From Nitrosopumilus sp. (lineage in GTDB: Archaea; Thermoproteota; Nitrososphaeria; Nitrososphaerales; Nitrosopumilaceae), in contig CBDBLX010000002.1 in assembly GCA_965207445.1 (NCBI GenBank), forward strand, positions 2,039,849-2,103,848: a stretch of 64,000 nucleotides of DNA, given 5' to 3'. The translations under genes were made by a program, and so were the position numbers. Under the pieces are notes generated by a model. The model saw only the letters and a list, made by a program, of their open reading frames with translations. It had not been told where the DNA came from and did not search any database. Numbering within the stretch: the stretch's first letter is position 1; every line of letters starts with the position of its first letter. Positions 30,264 to 40,861 of the stretch are shown here, piece by piece.

Positions 30264-32303
30264 TTACAATACCAACACTGCTACAAATGCAGATACAAAC
30301 ACAATTGCAATTGTATTGAGTAGTTTGATTACAGTATTCAATGCAGGGCCAGCCGTGTCCTTGTAAGGATCACCAATAATATCTCCAACGACTGCCACCT
30401 TGTGCTCTTCTGTACCCTTCTGCCCCTTCATCTCTACTAGTTTTTTGGCATTGTCCCATGCACCACCAGTATTTGCTAGATGGTACGCCAAGAATATTCC
30501 CGTCACTACAGATCCCATCAATAATCCTGCAACAGCAGTTGGTCCAAGTAATACGCCAAGTATTATCGGGGCAATAATAGCAATGATAGCAGACTTCCAT
30601 AACTCTTTGATTGATGCGACAGTTGCAATATCCACACATTTGGCATAATCGGGTTTTGATTTGCCTGTCAGTATCTCAGGATCTGCTTTGAACTGTCTGC
30701 GAACCTCATCTACCATCTTCGATGCAGCTCTAGATACACCACTTATCAATTGACCTGTGATGATAAATGGAACCAGTCCACCCACAAGCAACCCCACAAT
30801 AACAGCAGGGTTTGTAAGACTATAGTCAAGTGCCAATACACCCTCAAAGATGTGAGCGGCTTCGAATTGAAATGCCTGAATCATGGCAAGCGCAGCCAAT
30901 GCGGCACTTGCAATTGCAAATCCTTTTGTGACTGCTTTAGTTGTGTTTCCAACAGCATCAATCTCATCAGTCACCTTACGATTTTCCTCACCCATTCCAG
31001 TCATCTCTACTATACCACCTGCATTATCAGCTATTGGACCAAACGCATCAATACTAAGCACTATGCCTGCTAGACTCAACATTGCCATTGCAGTAAGGGC
31101 AGTACCAAATATTCCATAAAGGACAGGATCTTCTCCTGCAGGTGCAGCGCTAGATGCCACACTAAATGATATTATTATTGCAGCCACTAGTGCGATCATA
31201 AACGGTCCTGTTGATTGTAATCCCTTTATGATACCCATCAATGTTAAAGATGCATAACCCCAACGTGCAGAATCGGCAATCTCAATTACAGGTTTGTATT
31301 TGTAATTAGTATAATGATCAGTTATCTTCTGTATAACAGGCACCAAAATAACACCAATTATTGTAGTTCCAAACAACGCATACGAAGTTATAGTATCACC
31401 AATGAACCACATTGTAAAGACAAAGTTCAGAGCAATTGCTATACCTGCAGAGACATAAAATGATCTATTGAGGGGTTTCATAACATCAGTAATATTCTTT
31501 GAGCCAACAATTGCCACACCTATAATAGATGCAATCATGCCAGATGTACCAATCAGTATTGGGTACAAGAACAATTCTGGCGCTCCGATGAGGGCAGCAA
31601 TCAAGATGGCAGCCAAGATAGTCACTATATATGACTCGTATACATCAGAGCCCATACCAGCAGCATCACCTACATTGTCACCTACATTGTCAGCTATAGT
31701 AGCAGGATTACGAGGATCATCTTCAGGTATATTGGCCTCTACTTTGCCAACCAAGTCAGCACCCATATCGGCTGCTTTTGTGAATATTCCACCACCGATT
31801 CTTATGAATAGTGCAATTAAACTAGCTCCAATCCCAACGCCTGCAATTGTAATCGGATCCTGATATATTAGATACAATCCAGTAATTGCCAAGAGTGCCA
31901 TTGCAGGAACTGCCAGACCCACAGTTGCACCGCCACGAAATGCCATCGCAAATGTCTTTCCCAATCCACTACCACTCAGATTTGCAGCACGAACAGCTGC
32001 CTTTACTGTAATTTTAAGGGATATTAGCCCTGCTACAGCAGAGAGTGTAGCGCCAACTGCAAAAGCAATACCATTTGATACCTCCAAAAACGCACCTATG
32101 ATAACAGAGAGTGCAATCGCCACAGGTATGATAATCATCATCTCTCGTTTTAAAAAGGCAGCAGCACCTACACGTACTGCATCAGATATTTCCATCATCT
32201 GCTTTGTTCCAGCTGGTTGCTTTGAGATCCAGCCTACCAATATACCTGCAATTATAAACGAAGCCGCACCGGCTGCAAACGGCAGGATCTCAACTAATTC
32301 CAT
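30264..32303 (-). CDS. hppA: Membrane-bound ion-translocating pyrophosphatase, K+-independent signature
   Basis: DMGADLVGKVE, EDDPRN, GNTTKA (Lys at the K+-dependence position). Confidence 0.95.
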   Translation of the reverse strand: MELVEILPFAAGAASFIIAGILVGWISKQPAGTKQMMEISDAVRVGAAAFLKREMMIIIPVAIALSVIIGAFLEVSNGIAFAVGATLSAVAGLISLKITVKAAVRAANLSGSGLGKTFAMAFRGGATVGLAVPAMALLAITGLYLIYQDPITIAGVGIGASLIALFIRIGGGIFTKAADMGADLVGKVEANIPEDDPRNPATIADNVGDNVGDAAGMGSDVYESYIVTILAAILIAALIGAPELFLYPILIGTSGMIASIIGVAIVGSKNITDVMKPLNRSFYVSAGIAIALNFVFTMWFIGDTITSYALFGTTIIGVILVPVIQKITDHYTNYKYKPVIEIADSARWGYASLTLMGIIKGLQSTGPFMIALVAAIIISFSVASSAAPAGEDPVLYGIFGTALTAMAMLSLAGIVLSIDAFGPIADNAGGIVEMTGMGEENRKVTDEIDAVGNTTKAVTKGFAIASAALAALAMIQAFQFEAAHIFEGVLALDYSLTNPAVIVGLLVGGLVPFIITGQLISGVSRAASKMVDEVRRQFKADPEILTGKSKPDYAKCVDIATVASIKELWKSAIIAIIAPIILGVLLGPTAVAGLLMGSVVTGIFLAYHLANTGGAWDNAKKLVEMKGQKGTEEHKVAVVGDIIGDPYKDTAGPALNTVIKLLNTIAIVFVSAFVAVLVL

Positions 32304-32630
32304 ATATGGCGGACTGCCTGAACGTGTAAATATAAATCAAAAAAATACCAAGTGTGATCAACAAAAAACCCTAATCAAACCCAATTTATCGTACTTTTGA
32401 ACATTGTCAGAGATATTGTATGATATATAACCATTAAACTTTTTAAAAACAGAAATTGATTGTGAATCTAATCAATATGCAGAAATGTCAATAAAAACAA
32501 AGTATTAGATGGGTTATCTCAATGATGGGAAAACAGATACGTTTTACACACAGTATAAATGATCATTCAATTATTTTAAATGATTATAATTTATCTGTCA
32601 AATTTGGTTGATGCTTGTCACGTTTTGAAA

Positions 32631-33023
32631 TTATTTTTGTGCATTCTTTTTTGAGTTACGTTTCTTGTAAGGTGCAAAACGTGCACCACGCAGTCCACGT
32701 CTAACAAGTGAATTGAATCGTTTTCCATGAGACATGTAAGGAAATCTCATATGTATGAGTTCATGTACTATTGTATTCTCAAGTACCTTTTCATTTGGTA
32801 TCTTTCGTACGTTTATGAAAATTGTATTATGTTGCATATACGCAACACCATAATACTTGTAAGCAGATGTACGTCTGCCTGCTGTCATATGACGTGGAGC
32901 ATCTAACACTTGACGAGTGGTTAAAAGTACGTGTGGCTCTGCAATTGAAAAACGTGCAGAGTAAATACCAACTTTTTCCAAGATTGATAAACGTAGTTCC
33001 GGCCCATACTTCATAATATACAA
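32631..33023 (-). CDS. Small HExxH metalloprotease-like (YgjP/SprT-like) protein
   Basis: IVHELIH...HGKRF. Confidence 0.75.
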   Translation of the reverse strand: MYIMKYGPELRLSILEKVGIYSARFSIAEPHVLLTTRQVLDAPRHMTAGRRTSAYKYYGVAYMQHNTIFINVRKIPNEKVLENTIVHELIHMRFPYMSHGKRFNSLVRRGLRGARFAPYKKRNSKKNAQK

Positions 33024-33150
33024 TTACAAAATTAGAATATATGACATGTGTACGTCACATGTGTACGTCACATGTGTACGTCACATATGTTAACTCATAA
33101 TTTATTCAAATCAATGGGTATAGGATCAGACATAGGTGTTTAATCACCAT

Positions 33151-33693
33151 TCATACAGCCACCGTCTCATCATCCCTTCCCATTACATCAAGAATATCTT
33201 TTGTTTTATTTCTAACTTTGTCATTGATCACAGTTACTACTAGTCCTTGATTTGGTTGTCCATACAAGACCACAGAGTTTTCAGGAGCATATACACAAAC
33301 AGGGATCACAAGCAGGTCCTCCTCACCATCCACATGTATCCGAATAGGTGGCTCACTTGAGAATGCGTGGCATATTGCAGATATACTTTCAGTTGTTATC
33401 TCTGCAGGGGGGTTTGTAACTTTGATTATCATAGGTACACGATCATCACATCCAACATTATGTGTAAAATCAGGGTATGGTCGTTTTTGGCGCTTCTCAA
33501 GACCATCGACTATCTGTAAAGATGGAACAATTCCAAATTTGATCATGTTTTCAGTACTACGATCACCTACGGTAATTACATAAGAGTTACCAGGAATCAT
33601 CGTTTCAATACGTTCTCGTGTGAGCATATTATCAGGTATTAGTATACCCAAAGGAGTCTTCAATCGATTTCTGTATGATTCAGGTAACTTCAC
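33151..33693 (-). CDS. GTP-dependent dephospho-CoA kinase (DUF359)
   Basis: TVGD, VDG..KR, GEEDL, YGQPNQG. Confidence 0.9.
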   Translation of the reverse strand: MKLPESYRNRLKTPLGILIPDNMLTRERIETMIPGNSYVITVGDRSTENMIKFGIVPSLQIVDGLEKRQKRPYPDFTHNVGCDDRVPMIIKVTNPPAEITTESISAICHAFSSEPPIRIHVDGEEDLLVIPVCVYAPENSVVLYGQPNQGLVVTVINDKVRNKTKDILDVMGRDDETVAV

Positions 33694-33705
33694 ACAAAAC
33701 TCGCC

Positions 33706-34899
33706 TTATTGTGCACTTTGTGTATTTGTAGATTCAATAGATTGAGGGACATTATCAGTAGAATTGCCAGTTGGGGATAAAGGTTTTTGATCAGTAGAGT
33801 TGCCAGTAGAATTGTCAGTGTTTGTATCATTACCAGATGAATCTTGTTGCAATTTTGCAGCAAGTATGCTACACTGTGCAGCAATGTTTCGCGCAGCACT
33901 CTGAAAAGCAGTCCCACTAGGCGAATCAGGTCCCGTGATCATTATAGGTTTGCCTAGGTCAGAGCCAGACATTATTCCAGAGTTGAGAGGTATCTCGCCT
34001 AAAAATGGTATGTTAAATTGTTCGCTTATCTTTTTAGCACCACCGTCACCAAATATATTGTATTTATGATCACAATTTGGACATACAAAGTGACTCATAT
34101 TCTCAACAACACCAAGAATCGGTACGTTGAGTTTTTCAAACATTCCAATTGCCTTTACTGCTACATTACTTGCCACATTTTGAGGAGTGGTAATTACAAG
34201 TATTCCAGTAATAGGAATTGTTTGTGCAAGCGTAAGTGGAATGTCACCAGTCCCGGGCGGAAGATCAACTATAAGGTAATCCAGGTCAGACCAGTTCGTG
34301 TCGACTAGAAACTGTTTCAGAATACCAGATATTATAGGGCCACGATATATGGCAGCTTGATGAGACTGTTCTGCAAAAAATCCAAATGATACAACCTTGA
34401 TGCCGTTTGATTCTGCAGGTTGTAATTTGTTATTGTCAACTTCCATGTATCCATCTTTCATTCCAAGCATTAACGGAATACTTGGTCCATAAATGTCAGC
34501 ATCAAGTAATCCCACACTGGCTCCTGTTTGGCGCAAGGCAAGTGCCAAATTCAATGATACAGTTGACTTGCCCACACCGCCTTTGCCACTTGCAACGCCA
34601 ATGATATTTTTGACAGTTGCCATGGATGCATCATCATCAAGTGAGCGCCCCTCCATTACTTTTGCAGTCACATTAAGATCAAAATTTTTTAAATCATCCA
34701 ATTCGCCTATGACTTTACGTACATCTTCTTCAATCTCAGCATTAAATGGGCAAGCAGGAGTAGTAAGCTCTAGTGTGAATTTTAGATTGTCATCTACTAG
34801 TTCGATGTCTTTTATCATGCCCATCGATACGATATCTTTTTTGAGGTCAGGATCTATTACAGTTGCAAGCTTGCTTATAACTTGATCTACACCAACCAT
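33706..34899 (-). CDS. Mrp/NBP35 (ApbC) Fe-S carrier ATPase
   Basis: DUF59 TTPACP, SGKGGVGKST, DLPPGTGD, CPNC. Confidence 0.95.
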   Translation of the reverse strand: MVGVDQVISKLATVIDPDLKKDIVSMGMIKDIELVDDNLKFTLELTTPACPFNAEIEEDVRKVIGELDDLKNFDLNVTAKVMEGRSLDDDASMATVKNIIGVASGKGGVGKSTVSLNLALALRQTGASVGLLDADIYGPSIPLMLGMKDGYMEVDNNKLQPAESNGIKVVSFGFFAEQSHQAAIYRGPIISGILKQFLVDTNWSDLDYLIVDLPPGTGDIPLTLAQTIPITGILVITTPQNVASNVAVKAIGMFEKLNVPILGVVENMSHFVCPNCDHKYNIFGDGGAKKISEQFNIPFLGEIPLNSGIMSGSDLGKPIMITGPDSPSGTAFQSAARNIAAQCSILAAKLQQDSSGNDTNTDNSTGNSTDQKPLSPTGNSTDNVPQSIESTNTQSAQ

Positions 34900-35157
34900 T
34901 AATTGAAAAACTGCTTTTCTATATTTATAGTCTACAAACCAAAGAATTCATCAGGTATTATCACAAACAACTACAAACATATCGCGTTTTGTTTTAATAT
35001 ACACAACTATTCACTAAATACTACTCTTCACCGCACGCACAAACAACAAAAACATGTAGATGAGACAATTATGCTCACATATAATGAAGGAGATACACAA
35101 ATATTGAAAAATGCAACAAACAAAGATTCATAAATTAATTCTAAAGAGCAAAGTCAG

Positions 35158-35796
35158 TTGTTTTCAATCTCAACCTTGGCAGATGTTGTCAGGATTCCAC
35201 CCGATCAGTTCGGAACTACGCTCCGAAAAGCTGCTATGAGTATACTAAAGGAAAAATACGAGAGTATGATTAATTCTGAGCTAGGGTACATAATCATGAT
35301 ACTAGATGCCAAAGTCGATGAGATGGGAAAGATGGTAGCAGGTGACGGGGGTACGTTTCACAGAGTAAATTTCAAGGCACTTACATTTTATCCAAAGTTG
35401 CAAGAGATCGTTTACGGCGAGATTGTAGATATTACAGATTTTGGTGCATTTGTTAGAATAGGACCTACGGATGCATTGTTGCACCTGTCACAGGTTATGG
35501 ATGACTATTTGAAGAGTGATGTCAAATCTGGAATGATCATTGCAAATCAGAGTGGTAGGACACTCAAAGTAGGTTCTGCACTACGTGCAAGAATTACAGC
35601 AGTGTCACTAGGCAAATCAGCTACAATGGGTAAAATCGGTATAACATGCAGACAGCCATTTTTGGGCACCGATGAGTGGATTGCAGAAGAAATTAAAAAA
35701 ATAGAGGGCGGTAATGAAAAAAGTGATGGGCAAAAAAGCAACAGTGGTGAGAAAAATGCAGGTAAAAAGACAAAGGATGGCGGAGGTAAAAAATAA
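35158..35796 (+). CDS. rpo7: RNA polymerase subunit Rpo7 (E')
   Basis: VVRIPP, GDGG, S1 domain FGAFVRIGPTDALLH. Confidence 0.95.
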   Translation: MFSISTLADVVRIPPDQFGTTLRKAAMSILKEKYESMINSELGYIIMILDAKVDEMGKMVAGDGGTFHRVNFKALTFYPKLQEIVYGEIVDITDFGAFVRIGPTDALLHLSQVMDDYLKSDVKSGMIIANQSGRTLKVGSALRARITAVSLGKSATMGKIGITCRQPFLGTDEWIAEEIKKIEGGNEKSDGQKSNSGEKNAGKKTKDGGGKK

Positions 35797-35984
35797 TGGC
35801 AAGGGAGATGGCATGCCGCAAGTGCAAGTTTGTCACCACCGCAAAATTATGCCCAGTTTGTAAATCATCTGACCTAACTCCAGACTGGAATGGCATAGTA
35901 CTAGTAGTAGATCCATCCAACTCAGAAATCTCAAAAACGCTAGGAATAACACAAAAAGGCAAGTACGCAATCAAAGTCGTGTGA
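35796..35984 (+). CDS. spt4: Transcription elongation factor Spt4 (RpoE'')
   Basis: ACRKC..CPVC..W.G, GKYAIKV; follows rpo7. Confidence 0.95.
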   Translation: MAREMACRKCKFVTTAKLCPVCKSSDLTPDWNGIVLVVDPSNSEISKTLGITQKGKYAIKVV

Positions 35985-36127
35985 GCCAAGCTCCATGACA
36001 GGTATGATCATTCAAAAATAACTCCTAGCCAAATGTAGCGCATACACAATATTCAATATGTAGATAGAGATGTGACCAAATACAAGTATGTGATTTTATT
36101 ATTGCATCCACAGAGCTTGGTTCACAC
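35979..36127. mobile_element. MITE family B, 149 bp, inserted in the 3' end of spt4
   Basis: TIR gtgtgagccaagctc / gagcttggttcacac; TSD tcaaagtc at 35971-35978 and 36128-36135. Confidence 0.93.
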
Positions 36128-36159
36128 TCAAAGTCACATGACCACCATGATTGCAAAAA

Positions 36160-36295
36160 TAATAATAATATCATATTAATAACAACCACAATATCATATT
36201 AATAACAACCACAATATCATATTAATAATAATATCATATTAATAATAATAATAATATCATATTAATAACAATCATAATATCATATTAATAATAAA
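36160..36295. repeat. AT-rich imperfect tandem repeat (AATATCATATTAATAA core, ~6 copies)
   Basis: Directly visible. Confidence 0.85.
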
Positions 36296-36378
36296 TTCAC
36301 ATCTTCATTTAACTATATCTGTATAATTATATTTGAAATTAATAATGAGTGTCAAAGGTGTAATTAACTCAACATGAT

Positions 36379-36957
36379 TCACAAATTCCATCTAGTTACA
36401 AAGTCAAATCCTTCCAACGGGCCTGGAAACTCCAACATATGGTAATGCTTGCGAATTATTTTCTCAGGTACACGTTCTTTGCCAGTTCTTTTACGATTCC
36501 ACACAAATGCCTGCTTAAAGTTGTAAAATGACACTGCATGTATAGATGCATTATACAAACGAGCAAGTCGTATGTATGGCCAGCGCACCTCTTGTGTAAG
36601 ATTTGTATCATCAATCACTACATTTCTGCCAGATTTGAGTATATCAGATATCTGAATATACTCTACTTGTCGACTATTGCTGTTCTGAGTGGTGCTCAAT
36701 TGTGCGTCATGTGTGGTACATGCAGGATTTTTTGGCATAGTACTATACGTTAGACCAAGACATAACGGGTTTTCTTGATCATATCTTTCTTTTAATTTGT
36801 GTCGGGTGAATCCATTCATACACATACGATTTATGTCAAGTGACACATGAACATAATCATAGAGCATATTTTTAGCATATGTTGTTTTTCCACACCCAGG
36901 TATGCCAATCAGCATAACTACATCTGCATGTAGTTGAGTAAGTTTGGAGGCCTGCAT
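36379..36957 (-). CDS. AAA_33/polynucleotide-kinase-like P-loop protein
   Basis: LIGIPGCGKTT, VVIDDTN, NRKR..VP..EGFD. Confidence 0.8.
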   Translation of the reverse strand: MQASKLTQLHADVVMLIGIPGCGKTTYAKNMLYDYVHVSLDINRMCMNGFTRHKLKERYDQENPLCLGLTYSTMPKNPACTTHDAQLSTTQNSNSRQVEYIQISDILKSGRNVVIDDTNLTQEVRWPYIRLARLYNASIHAVSFYNFKQAFVWNRKRTGKERVPEKIIRKHYHMLEFPGPLEGFDFVTRWNL

Positions 36958-37057
36958 GTGGTATCTGTAATGTGTTGTTAAAAAAATATTATGCAAGAAA
37001 TTAAAAATAACCAGAATGCATTATTATAATTTAATCACATATTTAATAAATTGTGAC

Positions 37058-37138
37058 GTAACCGCTCAACCCCTGTGCCTGCACTAGAAGTTAGGCGATG
37101 AATCTGTGTCTAAACTTGAGAATGAGTTGAACGGTTAC
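37058..37138. mobile_element. MITE family A, 81 bp, with perfect 9-bp TSD
   Basis: gtaaccgctcaac / gttgaacggttac; aattgtgac at 37049-37057 and 37139-37147. Confidence 0.93.
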
Positions 37139-37339
37139 AATTGTGACATCATATTTGTCTTGTAGAATCATTCAAGTATTCAAATATGTTTATTAATACT
37201 TATTACTTGTATTAAAAATATTATTATTTTATTTGTAATTGTTATGTTGTTTAAATTATAACATGCAATATTATTATAATTAAGTATTATAATTGATAAT
37301 TAGCATCACTAAAATATTTGATAAAACATCAATAATACA

Positions 37340-38230
37340 GTGAGTGAAATAACACCTCAGATCAAAGAAGAACTAGAGAGATTCTTAAAAGAAGATATTG
37401 GAAAAGGCGATATTACAAGTGCACTACTCCCAAATGGTACAATTACAGCAGAAATAATTACAAAAGAAGATACAATAATTGCAGGTGTAACATATGCAAG
37501 AACTATGTTTGAATTACAAAATTGTGAATCCAAAATACTAAAGTCAGATGGTGTAAAGGCACACAAAGGAGACACCATTATGAGAATTAGTGGAAAACCA
37601 CAAAACGTACTAGCATGTGAGAGAACTGCTCTAAATTTGCTATCAAGAATGAGCGGTATTGCTACTGCAACAGCAGAGATCGTAAACAGGACATCAACAT
37701 CAACAAGAAAAATTGCAAAACTTTATGCTACAAGAAAGACAGCTCCCGGCTTGCGCATATTTGACAAAATTGCAGTAGAGATCGGAGGCGCAAAAAGGCA
37801 CAGAATGAGATTGGATGAATCAATAATGATAAAAGACAATCATATTGCAACAGTATGTACTCTAGATTCAAGATCTCCAAAACACACAACGAGTAGCGCA
37901 ATACAACATCTAATTAAAAAAGCAAAACAAAAGTACAAAGAAATAGAAGTTGAAGTAGAGAGTTCAACAGATGCCATAATAGCAGCGCGCGCAGGTGCAA
38001 CCACAATAATGATAGATAACTTATCACCCTTTGGTGTCATAGAAACAGTAAGGTTACTCAAAAAAGAGGGATTGCGAGATAGTATAACAATAGAGGCATC
38101 AGGCAAGATAACCAAAAAAAATATTGGAAAATATATGAAAAGTGGTGTAGATAGAATATCAATGGGTTCCATTACAAACTCTGTTAAAGGGGTTGATCTC
38201 AGCTTGGAGGTCATACAAGAGTCAAGTTGA
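37340..38230 (+). CDS. nadC: Quinolinate phosphoribosyltransferase
   Basis: GDITS, ERTALN, TRKTAPG, IKDNH, EASG. Confidence 0.95.
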   Translation: MSEITPQIKEELERFLKEDIGKGDITSALLPNGTITAEIITKEDTIIAGVTYARTMFELQNCESKILKSDGVKAHKGDTIMRISGKPQNVLACERTALNLLSRMSGIATATAEIVNRTSTSTRKIAKLYATRKTAPGLRIFDKIAVEIGGAKRHRMRLDESIMIKDNHIATVCTLDSRSPKHTTSSAIQHLIKKAKQKYKEIEVEVESSTDAIIAARAGATTIMIDNLSPFGVIETVRLLKKEGLRDSITIEASGKITKKNIGKYMKSGVDRISMGSITNSVKGVDLSLEVIQESS

Positions 38231-38623
38231 CTCCAAGTTCTCAAGTAACTCCTGTGCATCATTATTTTCTGGATCAATTTCTTGAATCTTTTTACACGAT
38301 AAAATGGCCTGGTGTTTCTGGCCTAATATGATATGAGATCTGGCCTTTAACAATAACGCTTCTGTATCATATGAGCCAATCTCGAGTGCTTTGTCCAAAT
38401 ATGAAAGAGCAGGTTTGTATTTTTTGTGCATATAATATATGGCACCCATAGTAAAAAGTAGATCATGGTTATGATCACCTATTTTACTCACATATTCGGC
38501 ACCACAGCGTAATGCCTTGTCATACTTTTTGTCCTTTACATAGGCCTTGAACTCTTTTAAGAGTTTACCACCCATCCCTTTTGTTTTACTCTTGTTGCCT
38601 CGATTAGAAAAAAGTCCAGTCAT
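38222..38623 (-). CDS. TPR protein
   Basis: TPR-like helical repeats ending IDPENNDA. Confidence 0.8.
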   Translation of the reverse strand: MTGLFSNRGNKSKTKGMGGKLLKEFKAYVKDKKYDKALRCGAEYVSKIGDHNHDLLFTMGAIYYMHKKYKPALSYLDKALEIGSYDTEALLLKARSHIILGQKHQAILSCKKIQEIDPENNDAQELLENLEST

Positions 38624-38628
38624 TAAGA

Positions 38629-39600
38629 TCAGCCAATACGCAACATGCGCTCAATTGCAAGACGTGCCTTGTTTGCGATATGTGAAGGTACCGTCACAAC
38701 ACTACGATCATTGACAAGTGAGTCATATACCTTTTCAAGTGTAATCATTTTCATATATTGACACTCTGCTTTTTCTGATACAGGTATAAACTCTTTGTTA
38801 GGGTTCTGGTTTTGCATACGATACAGAATGCCAGTCTCAGTTGCGACAACAAATGTCTTGGCAGATGACTTTTTCACATGATTGAGCATGCCTTCAGTGG
38901 ATAGTATGGAAACATTTCTGTCGCCAAATCCACCAGTCGCAGAATCATATAACATAGGAGTTGTACAGCTGCACTCTGGATGTATAACAAACTCTGCATT
39001 TTGTAAAGAGTCGAGTTTTTCATTAACATCCTGAGGCGTGATTCCTGCGTGAACGTGACACTCACCGGCCCATATACGCATATTTTTACGTCCTGTCATT
39101 TTGGCAACATAAGAGCCAAGAAACATGTCAGGAAGAAACAACACCTCTTTATGATCAGGGATAGACTCTACTACCTTTACAGCATTAGATGATGTGCAAC
39201 AGTAATCAAGCTCAGATTTAATCTCAGCAGTTGTGTTAACATAACCGACACATATTGCATCAGGGTGAGATGCTTTCCAGTCACGAAGTTCCTGCACGGT
39301 AATTGAATCAGACAGAGAACATCCAGCATTTAGTTCTGGAATTAAGACTCTTTTGTCAGGGCTTATGATTGCAGCAGTCTCTGCCATAAAGTGAACACCA
39401 CAAAAGAGAATTGTCTTTTGGTCAACAGTAGCAGCTTGACGCGATAATCCAAGTGAGTCACCTATGTAATCTGCCACATCTTGCACATCCGGGATTTGAT
39501 AGTTGTGTGCAAGTATGACAACATCTTTTTCCTTTTTAAGACGTAAGATGTTTTCTTTAAAATCATCAACTCTTATTTGTGTCTGTTCTTGTTTTGACAT
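38629..39600 (-). CDS. nadA: Quinolinate synthase
   Basis: LAHNYQ, CGVHFMAET, HPEC, CQYMK. Confidence 0.95.
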   Translation of the reverse strand: MSKQEQTQIRVDDFKENILRLKKEKDVVILAHNYQIPDVQDVADYIGDSLGLSRQAATVDQKTILFCGVHFMAETAAIISPDKRVLIPELNAGCSLSDSITVQELRDWKASHPDAICVGYVNTTAEIKSELDYCCTSSNAVKVVESIPDHKEVLFLPDMFLGSYVAKMTGRKNMRIWAGECHVHAGITPQDVNEKLDSLQNAEFVIHPECSCTTPMLYDSATGGFGDRNVSILSTEGMLNHVKKSSAKTFVVATETGILYRMQNQNPNKEFIPVSEKAECQYMKMITLEKVYDSLVNDRSVVTVPSHIANKARLAIERMLRIG

Positions 39601-39934
39601 TCTAATAGAAATGACAAATATAATTGATTTAAAGCGTTTCAAGTAGACTATAATTGTGACTAAAACTGTATGTATGCGGCAATATTTGCCATAATATTAA
39701 ACTAGGAATAATTACAAACATATTCTAAATATATCGAGAATTATATGAAATGATCTTAAAGTAAATAGAAGAGTACAATAAAACATTAAATTAATAATTA
39801 TGTATGATTATATACATCAGGGTCCATTTGAATCAAATATCAAAAATATACTATACCACAAGGTTACAATGTTTCTTGTCAAGATTAATTATGTTTAATT
39901 GAATAATTATGTTTTAGTAATTATGTTTTAGTAA

Positions 39935-40765
39935 TTATATTTGAACAGGACTAAAATTTCCACTAGGTGAACAATATCTGCGCAACGTATTGATTGCAGA
40001 GAGAGTTGCAAGTATACTTGTTTTTGGATTGTCTGGAGATACAACATTTTCAATCTCAAATGACATCTTGCCAAACTTACCCTTGGCCTCTATTTTATGA
40101 GTATTTGTTGTAGTGTTTGAATCAGCTATTATTCGAACAATTGTTTTGTCACCCCCAATACCTGAGAGTGCGAGTGTTGCTGCAACATTGACATTTGCAG
40201 GGAATAATGAGACAGCCTTAGTAGCAGGTCCCTCAAACAATACCATAGATGATGCAATGTTATCAATATCAATATCACGTGTATCAAAAAATGGAGCTCC
40301 ACGTAGTGAGTTTGGGTGCTTTGTGGTAGTGATGTGTACAGAGTCCAATTCATCACGGATTGCCTGTATACCATCAAGTCCTGCAATAGCACCAGATGGA
40401 ATCAAAACAATAGTCTGAAATTCTTTTGATGCCTCCAAAAGTACATTATGTATTGATTCATCAAGTAATGCACCAACAGATAAAATCATTAAATCTTTTT
40501 TGTTCTGTATTATTGCCAATGCAGAATCTCGAAGGGCTGACTGAGATGCAGCTTCTACTATAATATCAACGCGACTCGTAAACAGTAGATTGGGGTTTGT
40601 CATTATCTGAGGTTTTGATTCTAATTTAGATGCCAATAAATTTGCAGCATCAGGTGATGCATCATATATGTGAGTTAATTTGGCATCTATACTAGTAGTG
40701 TCGATTGCACGTGCAATAGTAGTACCAATAGTTCCACAACCAAGCAAGCCTATTCTCTTCAACAC
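39935..40765 (-). CDS. nadX: L-aspartate dehydrogenase
   Basis: GCGTIG, EAAS, SGAIAGLD, FPANVNVA, NPKTS; nad cluster. Confidence 0.92.
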   Translation of the reverse strand: MLKRIGLLGCGTIGTTIARAIDTTSIDAKLTHIYDASPDAANLLASKLESKPQIMTNPNLLFTSRVDIIVEAASQSALRDSALAIIQNKKDLMILSVGALLDESIHNVLLEASKEFQTIVLIPSGAIAGLDGIQAIRDELDSVHITTTKHPNSLRGAPFFDTRDIDIDNIASSMVLFEGPATKAVSLFPANVNVAATLALSGIGGDKTIVRIIADSNTTTNTHKIEAKGKFGKMSFEIENVVSPDNPKTSILATLSAINTLRRYCSPSGNFSPVQI

Positions 40766-40861
40766 AAGACATAGTAGTTCAATGTTAATTAAATTTAAGG
40801 TTGAGTTCATTTATGCAATACAGACTAATCTTTTTATGACAATCTGACATATGGAATTCAC

